Below, one piece after another: positions 8,647 through 17,700 of a DNA stretch of 56,709 bases. Where the stretch lies: IMG/VR virus record IMGVR_UViG_3300048009_000562, positions 1 to 56,709 of that record; one strand, written 5' to 3'. How positions within the stretch are numbered: the first letter of the stretch is position 1; the number at the start of each line of letters is the position of its first letter. The notes beneath the pieces were generated by a model. It ran no database searches, was not told the origin of the DNA, and saw only the letters and a list, made by a program, of their open reading frames with translations. The translations under genes and the position numbers were made by a program. The stretch is from a virus (lineage: Duplodnaviria; Caudoviricetes).

Positions 8647-11600
8647 ATGTCGCAAGTAGGTAGAATCTCAGGTCCGTTATTATTTGCCAATCTGGAAAGA
8701 AATGGTATTGATCTAGCCTTTGAAACAGACTTAATTTATCTTGATGTAACAGGCAACAAGATAGGTATACGCAATGCTTCACCTAGTAATGAAATACAAA
8801 TTTTAGACACTACTAGAACAGTATCTTTAATTGCTGATACACAAGCAAACATAGCAAACTTCGATATACAAACCACTACAATACAACCGTTTCCGGGCGA
8901 TGTAATTCTTGATGCAAGATATAAAATTACTAGTAGCAATGTAAAAACCGACGATATTTTTATTGATGACAATTACATTAGTACAACAAATAATAACAGT
9001 ATTTTAGAACTACGTCCTAACGGAACAGGACAAGTTGAAGTATTTTCAAACTTAGAAGTAGACGGAGATATACATGCCGATGGTAATATTACACTAGAAG
9101 GTAATATTACATTTGGTGATGCATTGTCTCAAGACACAGTTACATTTGATACTGATGTTACTAGTGATATTAATCCAAATACTACTGTAAATTATGCTCC
9201 ATATGATTTAGGTAAAGCTGATAAACGTTGGCTAGAAACTAATACAAGACTAGCAAACGTATCTAGAATAAATGCTACAGACTTTGCATTGGGCGGAGTT
9301 GACCTTACACTATCGCCTGGTAAAACTTTTTATGTTGCAAAAAATGGAGACAACGATAGTAACGGTGAACATATACAAGCACCATTTGAAACTATTGATT
9401 ATGCACTAACGCAAGTATCAGCAGGCGACACTGTTTATGTATTACCCGGCGAATACGAAGAGTCGTGTCCTTTAGTTGTACCAGCAGGAGTAACTGTTAC
9501 AGGTCATGACATAAGAAATACAATTATTACTCCTCCAAGTAGTTCAAGTTCAAGAGATATATTTCATCTTAACGGCGAAACTACTGTTCAAAATTTTACA
9601 ATAAAAGATTTCTTTTATGATAGCGGTAATGACGTAGGTTATGCATTTAGATTTGCTCCTAGTGCAACTGTAACATCACGTAGTCCGTATGTACAAAACA
9701 TCACAGTAAGCACACAAGGTAGCACAACTAGTGCAAGCGATCCAAGAGGATATGCAAGTGCAGATGCAGGTAAAGGTGCTCTTGTAGACGGTGCAAGTGT
9801 CCTTGGTACAAGTAACGAAGCAAGTATGTTATTTCATGCTGTAACATTTATTACACCAGGTGTTGATGCACTTACAATGACAAACGGAGTTAGGGTAGAA
9901 TGGCTCAACTCATTTACATATTTTGCCGACAAAGGAATGTATGCTGTAAATGGTTCAACAGGACATTTAAGTACAGACGGTTCAACAATATTATATGGTG
10001 CAGAATTAAGATCAATTGGATCAGCAAACGTATACGGAAACAAAGGTGCAGTAGCAGACGGCGATGACACACTAATGTACCTTATCCAACATAACTTTGG
10101 ATACATAGGTGCAGGCAAATTTGTCGACAATGATCCAAGTAGAGCAATACAAGCAAACGAAACTGAAGAATTAAATTCAGGTACAATTTACTTTAGTTCT
10201 ACAGACCATCTAGGAAATTTTAGAGTTGGTGAACAATTTTTTGTTGACTTAGACACAGGAAACAGTACACTTACTATTGACGAATCAACTGTAGATTCAC
10301 TTGCTGGATTAACTGTAACTACAAATGGTAACATTGCAATTATAGATGCAACAAAGATACAAAATCAAAATATCAGATTAAGCGGCAACACAATAGAAAG
10401 CCTAAGTGGCGGCATGACTATTGATAGTCCTGTGTCTACATTTATTAATCTAAATGGCGATACTAGTCTCACTGGTAACTTAGATATAACAAATAACTTT
10501 ACATTTGATGGAACACTTTCACTAGCAGGTAATCAGCCAACTGATACAGTTACATTTAATACAGAATTTAGTCAAGACTTAGAACCTAATCAACACGATA
10601 CTTTTACATTAGGTAAGGAAGACAAGCGTTGGAATTTTGCATATGTAAATGATGCAGATTTAAATGGTATAACAATTGAAACAAATGTTATTACTACAAC
10701 TGATAGCAATGCTGACTTAGAATTAAGACCTAATGGAACTGGCAAAGTAAACATTACCGACGATGTAGGAATTGGCAATGATATTACTGTTGGCGGTACG
10801 TCTACATTCCAAAACTTACAAGTTGCTACTATTGATGTTGATGCTGATATTACAGCAACAGACTTTACTATTAGAAACTTTGATATACAAGGTAACTTAG
10901 GTCAACTAGGTCGTACACAATTTGAAAATATAGTAATTGATGACAACTTTATTTCTACTACAGTAAGTAATAGTGATTTAGAATTACGTGCTGCCGGCAC
11001 AGGTGAAGTTACAACTGATGAATTTGTAAGAATTAATAATACACTATTTAATGAAAGTACAACTACAACTGGTCCTGTAACTATTTCAGGACAAACAACA
11101 TTTACTACTTTAACAACAGATGATATTACAATAAACAGTAATAGTATACAAGTTAACAATACTAATCAAGACCTTATTATAGAAACATTTCCACGTGAAA
11201 TATTTACTGGAACTATTGAAAGATGGGGCGGTGCTGTACAAACTGGCGGTACTATTAGCTATGGCTCCTATAGATGGGGATACGACGGATTCAATACCAA
11301 CGGAGTTTATCCAGACCCTCGTGATAGTTTAGTAGTAGGAAAGACGTACAATCTTACATTTACACAGTATAACACTGGAAAAATTATAAAAGTACCAAGG
11401 GTTTATAAAGGGTATAACTACTCAACGTCAGATATTGCTGATATAAACTCTTTTTGGTTTTTAAACACTAACTCAGGGACACCCGGACCAAATGATTTTG
11501 CAATACGAATTGGCTGGGGCTCAGAAGATGGTGTTAACGGCAACGCAGCTAATGGCGGAAGAAATCCCACAGGTTGGCGACCCTCTGGCGCCTGGATTGC

Positions 11601-14600
11601 ATATCCAGCAATAATAGAATTTTTTGAAGTTACTAATCAAGATGGTGATGTAAAAATTAACACTAGCGATGTTGTTATTGAAGAAAATCTTACAGTAGAA
11701 GGTAGTAGCAACTTTGCAGATTTAAACGTTATAGGTAGTTTGCAACACACTGGTGACAGAACACAAACCGGCAATTACAATATTGCAGGAGAAATAACTA
11801 ACGAAAAAATCTTAATAGAAGATAACTTTATTACAACCTACGGACCGTCATTAGATTTACAAATAAAAGCAAATGGCACAGGCGAAATTTACATTCCATC
11901 TAATGTTCAATTTGATAATGATCTAACAGTACAAGGTACAAGTACATTTAGTGATATGACGGTAAATGGTACATTCCAACCAGGATTTGCATATATTACT
12001 GGCGACAGAGGATTTACTGGAAATTTAACTATTACAGAAAATTTAACTGTTGATCAAAAAGCACAGTTTGAAGAAATATTAATTGATGATAATTTTATTA
12101 CAACGACTTCAAGTAATGCAGATTTAGAACTTCGTGCTCGCAATGCCGGCGTAGTATTAATACCAAACAACGATGTAGAAATTACAAATAATTTAAGTGT
12201 AGCAAATGCACAAGTTGTAAATGTTAATATTGCACAAGACTTAGTGTTAAATGAATTAATTATACCACCTAGCATTATAGAAATAGATGATAACTTTATT
12301 AGCACAAGAATATCAAACGCTGATTTAGATTTACGTGCAGACGGTAATGGAAATATTGTGTTCACTGATAATACTACTATTACTGACGCACTCAATGTTA
12401 ATACACTAAGCACTTTAGACGATGTTGAAATTACAGGCATTACAAATATTAATGGCAATACAACATTCACTAATGATTATACTGTTACAGGACAACTAAC
12501 AACTGATAAATTAGTCTTAACTGAAAATTATCAAGACTTTGAAAAAGTTGGTATATATGGCAATAAGATTATATCTCAAGAATCAAATACTGATTTAGAA
12601 TTACGTGCTAGTGGAACTGGCAGAGTTGTAATAGACGATGCTATATTTTCTCAAGGAACTACAGCAAAAGATTTAACAGCAACAAATATTGTTGCAGATC
12701 AAGACTTTTTTGCAGAAGTTATTGACGTAGGTGATATTGAAATATTTGATAATGTTATTACAACATCTACATCAAACAGTGATTTAGAATTACGTGCAAA
12801 CGCAGACGGTGAAGTTATTGTAGAGCAACCGCTTGATATAACCAATGGCCTAACTGTAAACGACACAGCAACACTTAATACTTTTGTTCAATTAGACGGA
12901 CAACTTGATATAACTGGCGATATAATACGCACAGGAAATACAGTAACACAACCTGGTCATACATACTCAGTAGATGGCGCCATTACAATTAATCCGGGTA
13001 ATCTTGACCTTGTTAAACTATCAAACTTTGCTTTCAATCAAAATCAAGTATTGTTACAAACTGCAAATGACCTTACATTAAATGCAATCGGAACTGGAAA
13101 TGTTGTTCTAACTGATACTATTGTAAGCCAAGATATGTCAGCAATCTCTGCGGCATTTGGAAGTTTGAGAATATTAGATAGTTTTGAATTAGAAAACATG
13201 GTTAGTTCAACTGACATTGAAATATTTGATAATGTTATAACAACAACTAACAGTAACAGCGATTTAGAATTACGTGCCCAAGGTAATGTAGAAATTGATA
13301 ACAATTTTAATGTTACAGGAAACACTGTTGTAACTGGCGCAACTAGTTTGCAAGATACTGATATTAATGCTAATCTTAATATAACAGCAAATGTAGTTCA
13401 AACAGGCAACAGGACTATTAGTAGCGATGTTTCAGTAACAAACTTAATTGTAGATAGACAAACAGATTTAGGCAATTTTACGTTTGAAGACAATACAATA
13501 ACAAATAATAATGCAGGCAATTTAACATTTACAGCACCAGGCACTGGCAATGTAATAATTGAACAAGGTAAAGTAGATAATAATTTATCTGCAGCGTCTG
13601 CTTCAGCATCAGACTTTGTAATTAATAATATTGTTACAGCAAATAAATTTGTGTCAACTGATGATATTGAAATATTCCAAAATGTTATTACAACAACTAA
13701 TAATAACAGCGATTTAGAGTTACGCACATCGGGTAGCGGCACAGTGTTTATTGAAGATTTAGAATTTGACGGGAGTTATTTAAAGTCAGCTTTTGATATT
13801 ACAATAGCATCTGATATTGTAGACTTTGATGCGGTACGTGCAATTAGATTACCGGCTGGTGATAGTTCACAACGTATAGTAGCATCTGTAGCATCGGTAG
13901 TACTAGATGGCGGTAATGGTGTAAATGATCCACAACCACTTACTGTAGATGGCGGAGATGCTGTTACAGTATTTGGCCCAACAGATACATTCTACGATGC
14001 AGGAACATCATTAGAACCAAATGGTAATCCAGGTGATATGCGATTTAATACTGATTTTAACTTATTTGAAGGATTTAGTCAAGCAAATAAATATTTTGGT
14101 GGTGTGTTCAGTGAAGATGCACAAACAAATGTACAAGCACTTAACGACGAGGTTGAGTTTAGGGTAGCAGGAACTAAAGTAGGTAGTGTAGCATATGACG
14201 GTGTAAACATTACTACAGCATTACAAACAACAAATATAACTATATCCGATAACATAGTTACATCTGAAAATAATACAGCATTACAACTAGTGCCAAATGG
14301 CGCAGGTAAAGTTAAGTTCTTTAACAATACAGCATTTGATGATAATAAAATACAAAATTTAGCAAACGACAATAGTTTAACACTAGCATCTACAGATGAC
14401 GGCTATATTAAAATTAACACAACTGTAAACGGATTTGTAATTCCTGTTGGTGACGACTCAAACAGGGGTGCAACTCCTGTTGTTGGTGAATTGCGTTATA
14501 ATACCGAAGCTGGCGACGAAGGCGGCGCTGAAGTGTACAATGGTACAGAATGGGTATCTGTTGCAGGCGATAATAGCCAAGCAGATGCACTTGTTATTGG

Positions 14601-14637
14601 TGAAGCCATTGACGAATGGACTCTTATACTAGGGTAA
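8647..14637 (+). CDS. Giant fibre/virion structural protein A1 (pectin-lyase-like beta-helix plus 14 'DNFITTT.SN.DLELR..GTG' repeats)
   Basis: FYVAKNG...PFETI..AL...GDTVYVLPGEYEE marks a beta-helix entry and RSPYVQN follows. It has a repeated shaft motif and is a paralogue of 14782. Confidence 0.8.
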   Translation: MSQVGRISGPLLFANLERNGIDLAFETDLIYLDVTGNKIGIRNASPSNEIQILDTTRTVSLIADTQANIANFDIQTTTIQPFPGDVILDARYKITSSNVKTDDIFIDDNYISTTNNNSILELRPNGTGQVEVFSNLEVDGDIHADGNITLEGNITFGDALSQDTVTFDTDVTSDINPNTTVNYAPYDLGKADKRWLETNTRLANVSRINATDFALGGVDLTLSPGKTFYVAKNGDNDSNGEHIQAPFETIDYALTQVSAGDTVYVLPGEYEESCPLVVPAGVTVTGHDIRNTIITPPSSSSSRDIFHLNGETTVQNFTIKDFFYDSGNDVGYAFRFAPSATVTSRSPYVQNITVSTQGSTTSASDPRGYASADAGKGALVDGASVLGTSNEASMLFHAVTFITPGVDALTMTNGVRVEWLNSFTYFADKGMYAVNGSTGHLSTDGSTILYGAELRSIGSANVYGNKGAVADGDDTLMYLIQHNFGYIGAGKFVDNDPSRAIQANETEELNSGTIYFSSTDHLGNFRVGEQFFVDLDTGNSTLTIDESTVDSLAGLTVTTNGNIAIIDATKIQNQNIRLSGNTIESLSGGMTIDSPVSTFINLNGDTSLTGNLDITNNFTFDGTLSLAGNQPTDTVTFNTEFSQDLEPNQHDTFTLGKEDKRWNFAYVNDADLNGITIETNVITTTDSNADLELRPNGTGKVNITDDVGIGNDITVGGTSTFQNLQVATIDVDADITATDFTIRNFDIQGNLGQLGRTQFENIVIDDNFISTTVSNSDLELRAAGTGEVTTDEFVRINNTLFNESTTTTGPVTISGQTTFTTLTTDDITINSNSIQVNNTNQDLIIETFPREIFTGTIERWGGAVQTGGTISYGSYRWGYDGFNTNGVYPDPRDSLVVGKTYNLTFTQYNTGKIIKVPRVYKGYNYSTSDIADINSFWFLNTNSGTPGPNDFAIRIGWGSEDGVNGNAANGGRNPTGWRPSGAWIAYPAIIEFFEVTNQDGDVKINTSDVVIEENLTVEGSSNFADLNVIGSLQHTGDRTQTGNYNIAGEITNEKILIEDNFITTYGPSLDLQIKANGTGEIYIPSNVQFDNDLTVQGTSTFSDMTVNGTFQPGFAYITGDRGFTGNLTITENLTVDQKAQFEEILIDDNFITTTSSNADLELRARNAGVVLIPNNDVEITNNLSVANAQVVNVNIAQDLVLNELIIPPSIIEIDDNFISTRISNADLDLRADGNGNIVFTDNTTITDALNVNTLSTLDDVEITGITNINGNTTFTNDYTVTGQLTTDKLVLTENYQDFEKVGIYGNKIISQESNTDLELRASGTGRVVIDDAIFSQGTTAKDLTATNIVADQDFFAEVIDVGDIEIFDNVITTSTSNSDLELRANADGEVIVEQPLDITNGLTVNDTATLNTFVQLDGQLDITGDIIRTGNTVTQPGHTYSVDGAITINPGNLDLVKLSNFAFNQNQVLLQTANDLTLNAIGTGNVVLTDTIVSQDMSAISAAFGSLRILDSFELENMVSSTDIEIFDNVITTTNSNSDLELRAQGNVEIDNNFNVTGNTVVTGATSLQDTDINANLNITANVVQTGNRTISSDVSVTNLIVDRQTDLGNFTFEDNTITNNNAGNLTFTAPGTGNVIIEQGKVDNNLSAASASASDFVINNIVTANKFVSTDDIEIFQNVITTTNNNSDLELRTSGSGTVFIEDLEFDGSYLKSAFDITIASDIVDFDAVRAIRLPAGDSSQRIVASVASVVLDGGNGVNDPQPLTVDGGDAVTVFGPTDTFYDAGTSLEPNGNPGDMRFNTDFNLFEGFSQANKYFGGVFSEDAQTNVQALNDEVEFRVAGTKVGSVAYDGVNITTALQTTNITISDNIVTSENNTALQLVPNGAGKVKFFNNTAFDDNKIQNLANDNSLTLASTDDGYIKINTTVNGFVIPVGDDSNRGATPVVGELRYNTEAGDEGGAEVYNGTEWVSVAGDNSQADALVIGEAIDEWTLILG

Positions 14638-14650
14638 CTCAACCCTTTTC
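14631..14650 (+). terminator. Possible weak terminator
   Basis: AGGGT-AACTCA-ACCCT-TTTC overlapping the stop codon of 8647. Confidence 0.4.
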
Positions 14651-14659
14651 TCTATAATT

Positions 14660-14672
14660 GATAAATACTATT
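14660..14672 (+). promoter_or_regulatory. Late promoter variant GATAAATACTATT
   Basis: Identical to 6124-6136. Confidence 0.65.
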
Positions 14673-14674
14673 AA

Positions 14675-14765
14675 TGCAATGTACGACCATACTTGCAGGG
14701 TCAAACTGTGGTTAGCCAGCAAAGAACCGAAAGGGCGAAAATTAGGCTAGAGGGACAGGATCCCC
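14675..14765 (+). ncRNA. Candidate structured 5' leader RNA
   Basis: TGCAA/TTGCA plus GTA/TAC hairpin, then nested GGGTC/GATCC, CTGT/ACAG, TAGCC/GGCTA and CC-GAAA-GG stems. It is GC-rich and ends just before the RBS. Confidence 0.5.
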
Positions 14766-14781
14766 GTGTATAGGAGAGAAA

Positions 14782-17700
14782 ATGGCTGTAGGTCGCATAT
14801 CGGGTCCACTCTTAAAATCGAATCTAATTCGTAATGGAATAGATTTAGCTTTTGAGACTGACTTATTATATTTAGATGTTAACAATCAGCGTATTGGTAT
14901 ACGAACTAATACTCCTTCACACGATTTACACGTAAACGGTACAGCACGTACAACAAATTTAATAGTAGATAATATAGCAGAAATTGCTGATATTACTATC
15001 TCTGGTAATACAATCCAAAGTGCTAACACACTAAATCTTCTTACAACAGGCCCAGACAGTGTTGTTTATCAACGTCGACTTGACATCCAAAGTATTTCAA
15101 TATTTGATAATGTAATTAATACAAATGATTCTAATGCAAACTTAGAACTACGTCCTAACGGAACAGGACAAGTTGAAGTATTTTCAAACTTAGAAGTTAA
15201 TGGCGATATACATGCAACTGGTAATATTAGTGCAGACGGCAATATTACACTTGGCGATGCAGACACTGATAACGTAACATTTAATGCAGAAGTAGCAAGT
15301 GATATTATACCTGATGTTACTGATACATATAGACTAGGTAATTCAACAAAGCGTTGGGACCAAGTTTGGTCAGATACAATTAATGCTGATACAATAGCAG
15401 CAGATAGTTTAGTTTTAGATGGCGTAGATATGACACTACGTCAAGGCAACATTTTTTATGTTGCAAAAAATGGTGATGATGCAAGAACAGGCACACACCC
15501 GCAAGATCCATTCTTAACAGTAGGACAAGCTCTTACACAAGCAAGCACAGGTGATACTGTTTACATTTATCCTGGTGCTTATGAAGAAACATTTCCTCTA
15601 ACAATACCAGTAGGAGTAACAGTAAAAGGTCACTCATTAAGAAGTGTTACAATTACTCCTACAGTTGGAACTAATACAAATGATGCGTTTTTATTAAACG
15701 GTGAAACAACTGTTGAAGACTTAACAATTAAAGACTTTTATAGTCCAGGTTATGCATTTAAATATGCAACTAATATGACGGTTACAAGTAGAAGTCCTTA
15801 CATTAAAAACATTACAGTTATTACAAAAGGTACAACACTTACAGCAGAAGATCCTAGAGGGTTTAACAGTGCAGATGCTGGTGCTGGTGCATACTTAGAT
15901 GGTAGTGTTGTAAATGCAAGTTCAAAAGAGGCAAGTTGTTTATTCCATGCTGTAACATTTATTACACCAGGCGTTGATACATTAATAGCAACAAATGGTG
16001 TTAGAATAGAATGGCTCAACTCATTTACATACTTTGCTAATAGAGGCTTGTACGCATTTGACGGTACAGCAGGAAAGTACAACGATGGTAAAACTCGTGT
16101 ACGTTTAGGCGGCATTGCTGGAGGAACATTTACAGCAGGCGACACAATTACATTTACATCTACAGATAGTTCTACAACTATTGCTGTAACAGCAGAAAGT
16201 GTTGACAATGATGTTATTGTAATTGATGGCAAAAATGTACAATTTATAGATTTTGATACAACACCGCAAAGCATATCAAACGGAAGCGGCGTAACAGCAA
16301 CAACAATTTTAAATCATGATGTAAGAGACTTTGGTGCTGAAATACGTATGATTGGTAGTGCTAGTGTATATGGTAACTACGGCTTATACGGTGATGGACC
16401 AGGCGTTATTGTTTATGCTATTGGACAAAACTTAGCATACATTGGTAATGGTAAAGAAGTTACTAATGATGCAGGCACGGTATTACAAGACAACGAAGTA
16501 ATAGAATTAAATGATGCTAAGATAAGATTTAACACAGTTGACCACAAAGGTGATTTTAGAGTAGGTGATCTATTTTACGTAAACCAAGATGACGGTACTG
16601 TAAACTTTGTTGCAAATGCACTTAATGTAGATTTAACACAAGGTGTTACGTTTACAAGTAATGGCAATTCAACTTTTGTAAGCGGCGATAGAATTGACAC
16701 TGGTAACTTAAGAATAAGTGGAAACACTATTGAAAGTTTAAGTGGAAATATTAATATTAGTCCGCTAACACAAACATTAAACTTAAACAGCGATGTAAAT
16801 GTTGATGGTAGTTTAGATGTAACAGGGAATGTTACAATAGGCGGCAACATTACAATAGGTGACGAAGCAAGTGATACAATACAAATTGTAGCAGGCATTG
16901 ATAGTGATCTAATACCAAACATTGATACAGCATACAACTTAGGTGCTGATAATAAAATGTGGAAGTGGTTGTATGCAAATGGCGCTGACATGGGCGACAT
17001 TAGAATTACAAACAACTTTATAGAAACTACAGTTTCAAATGCAGATTTAGAATTACGTGCTAGTGGAACAGGTAGAGTTTTAGTTCCTAGTGCAGACGTA
17101 GAAATATCAGGTGAGCTTTCAGTAGGCGGCGACAGTGTTTTACAAGATGTAGACATTCAAGGCGACCTAACTATTACAGGTAACATTGTACAAACAGGTG
17201 ACCAAACAGTTATTGGTGATGTTAACGTAGGTGCTGATCTTACTGTTACTGGACAAGCACAATTTGAAGAAATATTAATTAACGATAACTTTATTACAAC
17301 TACTTCAAGTAATACAGATTTAGAACTTCGTACTAATGGCACAGGCGAAATATTAATACCAAATGATAATTTTAGAATTAGCAATAATTTATTTGCTAAC
17401 GCTATAGAAGCAAACACATTAATTGGAACTACAATTGATGCGACAAACTTTACAAATAGCACAATTGATATTAATAACAATAATATTACTGTATTAACAC
17501 CAAATACAGATCTTAATATTGATGCGGCTGGCTCCGGTGATGTTAAAATTAATGGCAGTGATGTTGTTATAGAACAAAACTTAACAGTCAACGGCACAAC
17601 TAATTTAAAAGATACAACAATTATAGGATCAGTGGTACACACTGGTGATGTTACACAAACAGGTAACTTTAATATTGCTGGAGAAATTAGTAACGGTAAT

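Noticed and set aside
11160-11642. Intein or self-splicing intron explaining the insertions (also 50200-50590)
   Set aside because: No Cys/Ser start with His-Asn end, no homing-endonuclease motifs, and the frames stay open.
14698-14750. c-di-GMP-I riboswitch (GGTCAAAC...GAAA resemblance)
   Set aside because: Stem order and the GCAAA/tetraloop-receptor arrangement do not match by eye.
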